Assembly: GCF_009914755.1 (NCBI RefSeq)
Contig: NC_060936.1
DNA: 64,000 bases
Source of the DNA: the human T2T-CHM13v2.0 reference genome, Homo sapiens
Strand: one strand, 5' to 3'
Position numbers and translations under genes: made by a program. The notes under the pieces are model-generated. The model saw nothing but the letters and a program-made list of their open reading frames with translations. It ran no database searches and was not told the DNA's origin. Positions within the stretch are counted from its first letter, which is position 1; each line of letters starts with the position of its first letter. Below are positions 44,580-61,130 of this stretch, piece by piece.

Positions 44580-46900
44580 TTTTCAGCCTTCTTATTATTT
44601 TCCTATCATAGGTACAAAATGGAATCTCATTGTATTTAAATTTGTTTTTCCCTGATTATAGTGCAGTTGCACAAGCTGCTTATTGGCTACTCAGTTTTCC
44701 TCTTTGATGAACTGCATGTTCATATCATTTCATTCACTTTTCTGAATTTACATTTTTATAATTTATTTATGGTATTCGTAGCATAGTATTTAATTATATG
44801 CACATATTTTCTGCAAGAAGAGACTTTAAAAATACTTCATCTATAATGTTTCTTATGGTATAGTTTACATTTCTAAAATTTTTACTGTGATAAAATTTAT
44901 CCATCTTTTTCTTTATAGTTTCTGCTTTTGGTGTCCTATATAAGAAATCTTTCCCTGCTCTTATGTCATATTTTCTTTTAAACGTTTCAATAATTTGCTT
45001 TGAACAGCTTTGTTTGTATGTATATATGTGTGTGAGAGTGTATTTCATATAAGGAGCTAATTTTCCTAGTTAATTAGATTGTCCATCATCTCCCTGCTGA
45101 TTTGTAATGTCACCTTAGTCAAACAGCCGGTTTCTGAATATTGTAAGGCTTCCTAGCTGTTCCGTTGATCTAGCTGTTCATCCTGTGTGTATGCCAAATG
45201 GTTTTAATTTATATTGTTTTAGATGAAGTCTTGATTTTGGTTGGACAAGTCCCCTCTCATTTTCTTTTCCAATATTGTGTTAACTCTTTTTAGACTTTAA
45301 CCCTTTGTGGTAAGCAAAATAGCTGTCCAAAGATGTCTATCTCTAATCTCTGGATCCTGTGAATATGTTATGTTAGATGGCAAAAAGGACTTTGCAGATA
45401 TAACTAAAGTTATGAATGTTAAGACAGGGAGAGTAGCCTAGGTTATTCAGGTGGAATTAATCTAATCAAATGAACCTTAAAATTAGAGAATTTACTCCAA
45501 CTGGAAGCAGAAGAGAGCTGCAGCGGGAGGGAAGTCAGAGAGAATCCAAGCACGAGAAGGATTCGATGCACTGTTGCTGGTTCTGAGATGTAGCGGCCCA
45601 TCTGCAAGGACTGGGGAGTGGCCTTTTGAAGCTAAGGGTGACTGCATGCTGACAGTTAGTAAGGAAGTACTATCACAGCAAGGAATTGAATTTGGCCAAC
45701 AACCTCAAAGAGCATGGAAGCAGATTTATTTCAGTGTCCAGATAAGAGCCTATTTAACATCTTAACTTTGACCTTGTAAGACTCTTAAGAAATCAGCTGA
45801 GACAACCCAGATTTATGGCCTAGAGAACTATGTGTTAATAAGTGGGTGCTATTCATGTTATTTTAAGTCACTAAGTTGGTGGTAATTTGTTATGGCAGCA
45901 ATAGGACACTAATATATATTTCTTGTGATTTTTAGAGTCAGTTTGTCAGAAATGTTGCCCTGTTGGCCTGCAGTTTCAGTCCCAATGTTTTCATTGGATA
46001 TTTAGTCTAGTGTCTCGTTATTCTATTTTTCTGTTGATAAACCAACTGCCAGCCAATATTTTTGTTGTTTCTTTGAAGGTAAATGTCCTTTTTCTCTGGC
46101 TGACTTTAAGACTTTTTTTGTGTCTTCTGTTTTAAAAAGTGTTTTTGTTTTTGTTTTTTTTAAACAATGTACCTGGTTTGTTTGCTGGCTTGTTTTCTTT
46201 TAGCCTGCTAGATGTTGGTAGTGCTTTTTGAATATTTGGCTTGATGTCTTTCATTAGTCTGGGAAAATCTTCTTCTGTGTTTCCATCAATACCATTCTAC
46301 CTCAATCTTTCTTCTCCTTCAGTGACTTTAATTAGAAGTAGATTAAAACAAAATCTTGCCTTATTTGTCTCTTATACTTATTTATAACCTTGCTATCTGT
46401 GATTCAGTCTAGATATTTACTTCTGAGAATATTCCAGTTCAGTGATTCTCTCTTCTGCTATATCAAATGTAATGTTAAACCCACCTACTGAAATATTAAT
46501 TTCCGTTACTGGATTTTTTTTACTTCTAGAACTTGTTTATGATTCTTTTAGTTCCCAGGTTTATGTTAAAATTTTTATCTTATCATTTAATTACTTGAAT
46601 ATTTTAGTCATTGTTAGTTTGAAATCCTGGTCAGAAGACTACAATGTCTGGACCTTATCCACCTGTTCCTGGTGTCCACTTTTAATCTTGGTGTTTGGTC
46701 AACTCTTATCTTTTGTATACGTTGTTTTTTTTGTTTGTTTGTTTTTGTTTAGTGCCTAGTATTACAGAGAAAAAACTGCAGAGATAATTTAAGGTTCTGT
46801 ATATTTTTTCACTCAAGATTTACTTTTGCTTCTGGTAGGCATCTAAGTTGGGAACAAATCACTTTAAATTAAATGTGAAATAATTGGACACTGTACTGGT
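44580..46900 (-). mobile_element. Very old L1M (L1ME-like) fragments flanking the MLT1 LTR
   Basis: ORF2-3'-like text at 44580-45300 and ORF1-like text at 46000-46650. Heavily diverged. Confidence 0.55.
45306..45915 (+). mobile_element. MaLR LTR (MLT1D/E-like)
   Basis: TGTGGTAAGCAAAATAG...CCTGTGAATATGTTATGTTAGATGGCAAAAAGGACTTTGCAGAT...GGTAATTTGTTATGGCAGCAATAGGACACTAATA. Confidence 0.85.
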
Positions 46901-48814
46901 CTGTTTTGCATATAGACTTACTCTTCCATCTTTCCTTGAAGTTTCAACTGAAAGCCTCAAGTGACCCTCCATTTTTTTTATAGGCCCTAAATGCCAACTT
47001 TTATTCACCCAGTCATACGAATCTTGAGAAAAACCTCTAACTTCTCAGTCTCTTAGTTGCGGCTTTCAAAATTGGCAGCTGTTTTGAGGAGAAAAGTGGC
47101 TCTAAATGTCAGGCTATCACTCTGGATTTTGTCTCTCAGAAGAGGAATTATGAAATTAATGGGTGTAACCTTCTATGAAATCTCGTGATATACATTATCA
47201 AATTCCCTTCAAAATAGTGGTCTCACCTACATTGTATGAGAATGCCTTTTTTACAGAGGTTCACTTTTGAACAATTTATGTCATAATTTCTTTTCTTCTT
47301 CTTTTTCTTTTGCATTATCATTATGGTTCTTACCAAATTTTGGATGTAGCATTTTACTCTTTGACATCCCTGGAACTCCTTTGTGTCATCCTCATCTTAC
47401 TGTTACTAAATTCTCTGCAGGATGTTTTTATTTTTTGACAGAACATCCTTTTGTTTTTCAGACTTGCTTTTTCTGCCTGGGAAGATGAGCACTAATTTGA
47501 CTTTTGTTTTTAAACAGATAAGACCCTGGAATAGCTCAGCTATTCCTTTGTTATTATACATATAACTGGATATTTACAGTTGCTTTTCAAAAATCCTTCA
47601 TTATACAAGCAAAGTGCTTATTTATTAACCTCAAATTTTTATTTTATGCATATACATAGAATAAATGTTCTTGTCTGAAGGAAAAAACAACATTGTCCAT
47701 ATCAGAGCACTTTATTTGCCTTCTTTTTGATATAAGATCAATGCATGGAAATTCACAGAGGCAGGCTGTTAATCTGCTGTCACACAGCCTTTAGTAGTTA
47801 TCTTTTTCTCTTCCCTGCCAGCCTTCCCATTTATCTTTAATAGGAAAGTGACCTGAGACCTCTACTTATAATTTGTGATTGACTGAGAGTGGAGAGTGAT
47901 GTTGCAATCACCATCAGTAGCCTTTGCACAGTCTCTATTTGTAAAGAGATTGAGGAGAAACATGGCTAAGTCACTTTTTAAACAAAATTACTTTCCATTA
48001 TTTAAGCACTAATTTATCTATTTGTTGGGCTCTCCTTGATAGCTCCATGCTATTTATTTGCTTTTAGGTTTCTGATATTCTGCGGTTTGCTAAAATTATC
48101 TTTGAAGTTCCAGTTCTTCCAACCTGTATATACCTAACATTTCCTATATAGGTGTTTGTAGTTGGGGATATATGGGCTGATGAAAGGGTACAGCATTTAA
48201 GAGTCCTTAAATTTTTAAAGGACAAAGTTAGAAAGATTCAGGGAACTTAATTCAGTTCATTGGTACTACAAGAGCCCTCACGCCTGAAAGTTTTGATGGT
48301 AGATCCTTAATGTAATGGAGATGTAAATTTGTACATCACTACGACAAGGTTCTAAATCATCCAAGGGAAGAATAAATGGGGTTTAGTCTGAATAAGAATC
48401 CTTTGGGAAGATGAGGATATTTGCAGCCTCAAAATTGTTTTAAACCAGAACCATTCGTGTGTTTATCATGATCTCAGTGAGGCCCATCTGAATCCAGAGC
48501 TTACTATCATTTTGACTCTAGACTTGTAGGATGCAGAATTTCTTAGAGGTTGAGATGGAGGATGAATGAGAAGTTAGCCTTCTTAATATAGTTTGATCAC
48601 ACCTGAGACATCTAGAACTAAACTTGAAGCCAAGGTAAGGTCTTGGATATAGTGTAACTAGTGAAAATCCTAATAATGTCTCTACTTTGTTTCCTGTTTG
48701 CCTACAACTCCTTTTTTTTTCCTTCTGCTGTCAGATATTAAACAAATCCCTAGAGATAGTGGGTGGTAGTAGGAAAGAAACAACAGCTTTGATTGAAAAC
48801 AACCAAATTGAGAA

Positions 48815-51270
48815 TCAGCTTCTGTTTCCAGCCTAGATGAAGTTACAAGAAGTGACTTTAGCCTTCCATCTGAAACAACTAAAAATCTGGAAAAATATAT
48901 GAAACAATATTTTTGAAGATATTTGATACTTGTCAACAAAGAATAGTGATACTTGAGAGACAGAAGAGAAATGTAGTGAGACTTAAAATTTCCCCAGATT
49001 ATTTCTCGAGAAAATTTCAAGGCTGCATCATGGAGGGTGCATCCTCTCTGACTTGAGGAGATGGAGCTGAGAGTCTGGGGAGACCAAGGTGGCTGGAGGT
49101 CACAAGGAGAGTATCAGACATGGGAAGCTGCAAAAAGAGTGCTGGCGATTTTCAGATGGTCCCCTTTGAGTATTTAGCAGAAGACTGATCAGCACATGTA
49201 TTTGAGTAAATGCCCCAAGACTGTAGAAAAAGACTATTTTGAAAAGATTAGAAGGAACAGTACTTGAAGCTGTCACAGGGTAAGGAAGTTCCCACCAGCC
49301 AGACTGAAAAAGCTCATAATTAATGGGGCCTTGTGTACAGTACTAAGGAGACTTTTGCCTCACTAGTGGAGAATAATTAATAACAAAGTGAAGACATTGA
49401 TTTGTTTCCACCTAACAAACTGTAAAAGCTAGTCCTTAAAGCCTCAAACTATTTCCAAGTAACTTAAGTGGGTCCCAGAACAAAACTCAAGAAATGAAAA
49501 TTCATAGAAATACAAAAATATTCTAGCCCCCAAACAAGGCAAAATCCACAATTTCTGACATACAATAAAAAATTACCAGGCATGCAAATAAATTGAAAAA
49601 TACAACCCATAACAAGGAGAAAAATCAATAAAAAATGATGCAGAACTGACACAGATGTTAGAAACAGTAGAAAAGGAAAAATCCTTATAACTGTATTTGT
49701 ATGTTCAAAATGTAGAGACATGACTGAGATTTAAAAATACACTGGATGGGATTAACATAATAGTAGTCATTGCAGGTGAAAAGATCAGTGAACATGAAGA
49801 CATAACAATATACACCATCCAAAAAGAAACAATCAGAGGAAAAAGTACATAAAAAGATAAAAAATAACAGAGCATTAGTAAACTATGGTACAACTTCAAG
49901 TGGCCTAATATATGTGAAATTGGAGTCCCTTAAAAGGAGAGAGGAAGCAGGGACAAAAAATATTTGAAGAAATAATGATAAAAAATTTTCCCAAATTTTT
50001 AAAATTCAAAATATATAAATATGCTAATCAAAAAGCATAACAACCCCAAGCATAGGAAATTTGAAGAAATTTACACCAGGCACATCATAATCAAATCTCC
50101 CAAAAATAATGATAATGAGAACATCTTAAAAGCGGAATATTTGTGCAGAGGAGCAAATACAAAAATGAAAGAAAATTTATTGAAACAATTTAGACAAAAG
50201 TAGTAGAGCAAGATCTTGAAAATATTGAAGAAATGAGAAAAACTGGGACAAAGAAAAAACAAATAACAAGATGGTAGACTAAACCTAATCATATTAATGA
50301 TAGCCTTAAATGTAAATAGTTTAAATGCCCCAATGAAAAGACAGAGATTTTTCAGATTGGCTAAAAGAGCAAGTCTCAACTATATGCTACCTACAAAACA
50401 TTCACTCTAAATATAAAGACACAAATAGTTAAAAAGTTAAAGTATGGAAAAATATATACCATGCTAACACCAGTAAAAAGAAAGCTCCTGTGGCTATATT
50501 AATATCAGACAAAATATATTTCAGAACAAAGAATATTGCCAGGATAAAGAAAGTCATTTCATAAAATGATACAAGGATCAATTCATCAGAAGGATGTAAC
50601 ATTCCTAAATGTTTCTGTTTCTACATCTAATAACAAAGCTTTAGAATACATGAAACAAAAGTGATTGAATTGCAAGGGAGAAATCAACAAATCCACAACT
50701 TTGGTAGATATTAATACCCCTCTCTCAATAATTGATACAACAAGTAGACAAAAAAATCAGCAAAAAGACAGTAGACAACACTATCAACCAACATGACATG
50801 GTTGACATGAAACATTCTACTAAACAACAGCAGAATACATATTCTTTTCAAGTGTACTTGGAACATTTACCAGAATAATTAATATCCTGGCTATAAAAGA
50901 AGTCTCAGTCAATATAAAAGGATTCAAGTCATACAAAGTATGTTCTTTGACCACAATGGAATTTAATTAGAAATCAATAACAAGAAGATATCTGGAAAAT
51001 CACTGGAACTGAAAAATCTGTAAAACACTTTGAAACTAAATAACACACTTTTCAATTACCCAAGGATAAAAAAGAAAATGAAAATTAGAAAGTATTTTGA
51101 ACTGAATGAAAATAAAAATACAATATATTAAAATTTGTGGGATGCCACTAAGCTGTACTTAGAGGAAAGTTTATAACACCAAATATCTGTAGTATCAAAA
51201 GAGAAGAAGGTATCAAATCAATGACCTCAAATTTCACCTTAAAAAATTAGGGGAGAAAAAAAAAGCAAAT
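48815..51270 (+). mobile_element. Old L1M, 5' part (5' UTR, ORF1 relic, EN domain); host of the young full-length L1
   Basis: Degenerate EN text (ttaaatgtaaatagtttaaatgcccc...ttctttgaccacaatggaattt...). It continues collinearly after the young L1's right TSD. Confidence 0.85.
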
Positions 51271-51284
51271 AAAGCCCAAAGTAG

Positions 51285-52184
51285 GGGAGGAGCCAAGATG
51301 GCCAAATAGGAACAGCTCCAGTCTACAGCTCCCAGCCTGAGCGACGCAGAAGACGGGTGATTTCTGCATTTCCATCTGAGGTACCAGGTTCATCTCACTA
51401 GGGAGTGCCAGACAGTGGGCGCAGGTCAGTGGGTGCACGCACCGTGCACGAGCCGAAGCAGGGCGAGGCATTGCCTCACTCGGGAAGCACAAGGGGTCAG
51501 GGAGTTCCCTTTCCTAATCAAAGAAAGGGGTGACAGACGGCACCTGGAAAATCGGGTCACTCCCACCCGAATACTGCGCTTTTCTGACGGGCTTAAAAAA
51601 CAGCGCACCACGAGATTATATCCCACACCTGGCTCGGAGGGTCCTACCCCATGGAGTCTCCCTGATTGCTAGCACAGCAGTGTGAGATCAAACTGCAAGG
51701 CAGCAGCGAGGCTTGGGGAGGGGCGCCCACCATTGCCCAGGCTTGCTTAGGTAAACAAAGCAGCCGGGAAGCTCGACCTGGGTGGAGCCTACCACAGCTC
51801 AAGGAGGCCTGCATGCCTCTGTAGGCTCCATCTCTGGGGGCAAGGCACAGACAAAAAGACAGCAGTAACCTCTGCAGACTTAAATGTCCCTGTCTGACAG
51901 CTTTGAAGAGAGCAGGGGTTCTCCCAGTACGCAGCTGGAGATCTGGGAATGGGCAGACTGCCTCCTTAAGTGGGTCCCTGACCCCTGACCCCCAAGCAGC
52001 CTAACTGGGAGGCACCCTCCAGCAGGGGCACACTGACACCTCACACTGCAGGGTACTCCAACAGACCTGCAGCTGAGTGTCCTGTCTTTTAGAAGGAAAA
52101 CTAACAAACAGTAAGGACATCCACACCAAAAACCCATCTGTACATCACCATCATCAAAGACCAAAAGTAGATAAAACCACAAAG
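51285..52184 (+). promoter_or_regulatory. L1 5' UTR: sense promoter with YY1 site, and antisense promoter firing on the - strand (co-directional with LMNTD1)
   Basis: CAAGATGGCC at 51294-51303. Antisense donor-like sites CAG|GTGTGG (about 51628) and CAG|GTGCCG (about 51543). ORF0 (ATG 51733) ends early at TAG 51646. Confidence 0.65.
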
Positions 52185-53201
52185 ATGGGGAAAAAACAGA
52201 ACAGAAAAACTGGAAACTCTAAAAATCAGAGCGCCTCTCCTCCTCCAAAGGAACGCAGCTCCTCACCAGCAACAGAACAAAGCTGGATGGAGAATGACTT
52301 TGACGAGCTGAGAGAAGAAGGCTTCAGATGATCAAATTACTCTGAGCTATGGGAGGACATTCAAACCAAAGGCAAAGAAGTTGAAAACTTTGAAAGAAAT
52401 TTAGAAGAATGTATAACTAGAATAACCAATACAGAGAAGTGCTTAAAGGAGCTGATGGAGCTGAAAACCAAGGCTCGAGAACTACGTGAAGAATGCAGAA
52501 GCCTCAGGAGCCGATGCGATCAACTGGAAGAAAGGGTATCAGCAATGGAAGATGAAATGAATGAAATGAAGTGAGAAGGAAAGTTTAGAGAAAAAAGAAT
52601 AAAAAGAAACGAGCAAAGCCTCCAAGAAATATGGGACTATGTGAAAAGACCAAATCTACGTCTGATTGGTGTACCTGAAAGTGATGGGGAGAATGGAACC
52701 AAGTTGGAAAACACTCTGCAGGATATTATCCAGGAGAATTTCCCCAATCTAGCAAGGCAGGCCAACGTTCAGATTCAGGAAATACAGAGAACGCCACAAA
52801 GATACTCCTCGAGAAGAGCAACTCCAAGACACATAATCGTCAGATTCACCAAAGTTGAAATGAAGGAAAAAATGTTAAGGGCAACCAGAGAGAAAGGTCG
52901 GGTTACCCTCAAAGGGAAGCCCATCAGACTAACAGCGGATCTCTAGGCAGAAACCCTACAAGCCGGAAGAGAGTGGGGACCAATATTCAACATTCTTAAA
53001 GAAAAGAATTTTCAACCCAGAATTTCATATCCAGCCAAACTAAGCTTCATAAGTGAAGGAGAAATAAAATACTTTATAGACAAGCAAATGCTGAGAGATT
53101 TTGTCACCACCAGGCCTGCCCTAAAAGAGCTCCTGAAGGAAGCGCTAAACATGGAAAGGAACAACCGGTACCAGCCGCTGCAAAATCATGCCAAAATGTA
53201 A
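52185..53201 (+). pseudogene. L1 ORF1, full 1017-nt span with three premature stops
   Basis: ATG at 52185. Stops are TGA 52329, TGA 52572 (both CGA>TGA) and TAG 52944. The normal TAA is at 53199. Confidence 0.95.
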
Positions 53202-53249
53202 AGACCATTGAGACTAGGAAGAAACTGCATCAACTAACGAGCAAAATAA

Positions 53250-56870
<3,621 letters not shown>

Positions 56871-57342
56871 CAAAGACTTGGAACCAACCCAAATGTCCAA
56901 CAATGATAGACTGGATTAAGAAAATGTGGCACATATACACCATGGAATACTATGCAGCCATAAAAAATGATGAGTTCATGTCCTTTGTAGGGACATGGAT
57001 GAAATTGGAAATCATTATTCTCAGTAAACTATCGCAAGAACAAAAAACCAAACACTGCATATTCTCACTCATAGGTGGGAATTGAACAATGAGAACACAT
57101 GGACACAGGAAGGGGAACATTACACTCTGGGGACTGTTGTGGGGTGGGGGGAGGGGGAAGGGAAAGCACTGGGAGATATACCTAATGCTAGATGACGAGT
57201 TAGTGGGTGCAGCACACTAGCATGGCATATGTATACATATGTAACTAACCTGCACAATGTGCACATGTACCCTAAAACTTAAAGTATAATAAAAATAAAT
57301 AAATTAAATAAAAAAAGAAGAAAAAAAAAAAGCCCAAAGTAG

Positions 57343-58100
57343 ACAGAAGAAAGGGAATGTAGCCCAAAATGAAAATCAATTAAATAAAAAACAAAAAATA
57401 GGGGAAACCAATATAACCAAACACATGTTCTTTGAGGAGCTCAATAAAACTAAATCTCTAGTGATATGATCAGGAAAAAGAGAAGATACAGATGACCATA
57501 TGAGAAATGAGAAAGGTGATACCAATAAAGATTCTACAGTTCTTAAAAGGATAAGAGAATATTATAAATGACATTATGCAAATAATTGGACAACTTAGAT
57601 AAAAATGGACACATTTCTTGAAAGACAAAAACTACCCAAGCTTATTCAAGAAGAAATAATTAGAATAGCCTAATATCTATTTAAAAACAATTTATAGTTT
57701 TAAAACTTTACCACAAAGAAATTCCAGGCCCAGATGGCTTCACCAATAAGTTCTATAAGACATTTATGAAAAAAAATTACTTCTACACAATCTCTTCTAG
57801 AAAAGGATAAAGGAGAGACTATATCCCATCTCATTCCATAAACAGTGGAATTACTGTGATACCAAAACAGACAAGGACATTACAGGGAAAGAAAACTACA
57901 GACCAATAATCTTTACAAACATTGATGCAAAAGTTTGAAGCAATATTTTAACAAATGGAATTCAAACAGTATAGTAAAACATAAACATTATGACCAAATA
58001 TTTATGGTAAAAGTGAAGGGATGTTTAACATTAAAAAAGAAAAACCATATGATCATCTCACTAGATGCATAGAAAGTATTTGATACAATCCAACACCATG
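57343..58100 (+). mobile_element. Continuation of the same old L1M (ORF2 up to the start of RT)
   Basis: ccaggcccagatggcttcacc...aaactacagaccaata...gatcatctcactagatgcatagaaagtatttgatacaatccaacacc, then an abrupt end. Confidence 0.85.
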
Positions 58101-58109
58101 GAAAAAAGC

Positions 58110-60140
58110 CAACTTTTTGTTTGTTGATCTATATTTTTTGGTCTCAATTTCATTTATTTTTCTCTGATCTTTATTGTTTCTTTTCTTCTACTAATTTTCA
58201 GTTTGTTTTTTTTTTCTTGCTTTCCTAGTTCTCCTTGAGATACGTTGTTAGATTGTTTACTTGAAGCTTTTCTTTCTTGATATAGGTATTTATTGCCATA
58301 AACTTCCCTTTTAGTACTGCTTTTTTTTGTGTCCCAGAGATTTTGGTATGTTGTGTTTCCATTTCCATTTGTTTCAAGACATTTTTAAATTTTCTTCTCA
58401 GTTTCCTCACTGATCCATTGGTTGCTTGGAACTGTGTTTCTTAATTTCCATGTGTTTGTGTATTTTCCTAAGTTCCAATAATTGATTTCTGGTTTTATTC
58501 CAATGTGGTCACAAAAGTACTTGACATAATTTTTACTTTTTTGATATTTGTTTTGTGGCTTAAGAGAGAGTCTATTCAGGAAAATGTTCCACGTGCTGAT
58601 GAAAAGAATGTATATTCTGCAGCAATTGGGTGAAATGTTCTGCACATGTCAGGCCTCATTGGTCTAATGTGCAATTTAACTCTGATGTTTCTTCGTGATT
58701 TTTGTGTCTGGTTCATCTGTCCATTACTGAGAATAGGATGTTAAAGTGCCCTACTACTGTACTGCAGTCTATATCTCTGTTTAAATCTATTCGTTTGCTT
58801 TATATACTTGGGAGCTTTGGTGTGGGGTGTACAGATATTTATAATTATTATATCTTCTTGCTGAATTGACCCCTTTATCATTATATAGTGACCTTCTTTG
58901 TCTCTTTTTATAGTCATTGATTTGTAGTCTATTTTATCTGATATAAGTATAGCTACTCCTACTCTTTTTTGGTTTCCAGTTGAATGGAATAGTTTTTCTA
59001 TCCCTTCACTTTCAGTCTGTATGCCTTTGTAGGTGAAGTGGGTTTCTTCTAGGCAGCATATAGCTGGATTTTGTTTCCTTATCCCTAAGCCACTCTATGC
59101 CTTTAAATTGAGTATTGAGTCCATTTACATTAAGTATTATTATTGAAAAGAAGAATTTATTTCTTGTTTTTGGGTTGTTTTATAATTTGTCTCTTCCTTT
59201 TGTCCTTTATTACTATATTCTTTTGTGGTTAAGTAATTTTCTTTGGTAGTATATTTTAATTCATTGCTTTTTATTTTTTGTGAATCTATTATAGGTTTTT
59301 GCATTGTGGTTACATGAGGCTTACAAAAAACATCTTACAGCTATAACAAGTTACTTTAAAGAGATGAATACTTACCTTGAATCACAAAGGAAAGAATAGA
59401 AAAAAAGAAAGAATAGAAACAAAGAAAAAATCTCTAGACTGGAACTCCATCCTTCCATATTTTGACTGTTAGTTTTCTCAATTTACGTATTTTTATACTG
59501 CCTATCTCTTAGCAGACTGCTATAGCTATTACTGTTTTTGATAGATTTGTCTTTTGGGATTCACGCTAGAGTAATGAGTGGATTGTATACCACAATTACA
59601 ATTCTGGGTTTTTCCATGTACTTAATTTTACCAGAGGTTTTATACTTTCAGGTGTTTTCTTTTTGAACATTAGTGTTTTTTTGTTTCAGATTGAAGAACT
59701 CTCCTTAGCATTTCTTATAAGATAGGTCTCGTGGTGGTGAATTCTCTTAGCTTTTGTTTGGGAAAGATTTTATCTCCTCATATTTGAAAGATAGCTTGGC
59801 TGGATACACTATTCTTGGATAGCAGGGTTTTAACACATTAAAAACATTGTCTCATTACCTCCTGACCTACATGGTTTCCACTGAGAAGTCTGTTGCTAGA
59901 CAAATTCTTTTCTCTCACAGTTTTTAGCTTCTTCTCTTTGTCCTTGACCTCTGGGGAGCTTAATTATTATACGAGTGTTTCTCACTTCTCTGTGGCCTCA
60001 GGAATTGTCTCATCCTCATATTTGAGTTCTGAGATACTGCTGATGATAATGATAATCTTGGCACTGTATATTTGTTTTTGTTTTCTGGGGTGGCTGGATA
60101 GGGATTGAAGACATCTTGCTTCTACACCACCATTTTTAAT
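58110..60140 (-). mobile_element. Old L1M, 5' part (ORF1 end and EN region), in the opposite orientation
   Basis: ORFs 58225..58410 and 58385..58645 give degenerate ORF2 peptides (KAVLKGKFMAINTYIKKE; DHIGIKPEIN...NTWKL). The sequence tcttcttgctgaattgacccctttatcattatatagtgacc matches EN. Confidence 0.85.
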
Positions 60141-60949
60141 AGGATTGCATTTTAACAGAAGCTTTGAACATTTTATTTTGTTCCAAACTGCTCATCATTT
60201 TAACATAGTAGGTACTGAATGAAGGATCTGATGAGGTGTTTTTAGACAGTAGAGAAAAATGCTTAGGTATTCTCCACTGTTAAATTGTAATAGGGCATGG
60301 GTGATTGATTTTAGGAAACATGGCATAAAGGGAGAGAAAATTTCCTTCATATCTGACCCTCAACTCTGATTTCTTTTAGCCATCTAACAACTTCTATCAA
60401 CATGTCTTATTACTAGCATTTCAAATTCAGTATGTTGTTCATGTAATAAGTAAGGCATGGTTATATTAATATAAATGAATTGATCATAACTCTTTTATTT
60501 TAGTCTTAATATCAACTTTCTTCCTGATCAATTTCTTTTTGCATAGATACTAACAGTCATAAAAATGGATCAATGAAGTAAAAATTTATCTTTCTCCTTC
60601 TGTCTTGAACTCAAGAGCTACTAGAAGAAAATATATATATTAGATCCATCTAAATAATTCAACAACGATAAAAAAGTGCCTTGAATAATTGAGTTGACCC
60701 TATTAGTAAAGATTATGTAGCATTGTTTACTCTGGCATCTTTGAAGAAGTCACATTTCTTGTTTGGTTCTTTAGACCATTATATCAATTTATTTTAATTG
60801 CTCAGAAGATGAAACAGTTATATTTCAATGAACTGATTAGTGTTTTAGATAAAATAATGCATATAACTACAGATTAGAACTTTGTTTTCTGCTGATTTAT
60901 TGGTCCTACCCCGACAGAAGATACTAAGTAGTTCAAATAAAATATGTAC

Positions 60950-61130
60950 CTGGAGGTAAATTGGCCAACTTCTTCAAGAATCATAGAAAAGTATTTTAAA
61001 GTTTTCTGAGTGTAGTTTGAGTGTGCTGTAAGTTTCTTTGAATCACCAAACAAAGAAAGGAAATAATCTTCTCCATCCCCAATCATGGGTGATTCATCCT
61101 GTTTCTTCGGAACTGAGAAGGGGCTGGCAT
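60950..61130 (-). CDS. LMNTD1: LMNTD1 coding exon (probably exon 4), 181 bp
   Basis: Acceptor ...ctacttgaaAG|AT and donor AG|GTACAT. Encodes (D)[59 protein letters not shown], inside ORF 60874..61185. Phases fit both neighbours. Confidence 0.93.
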
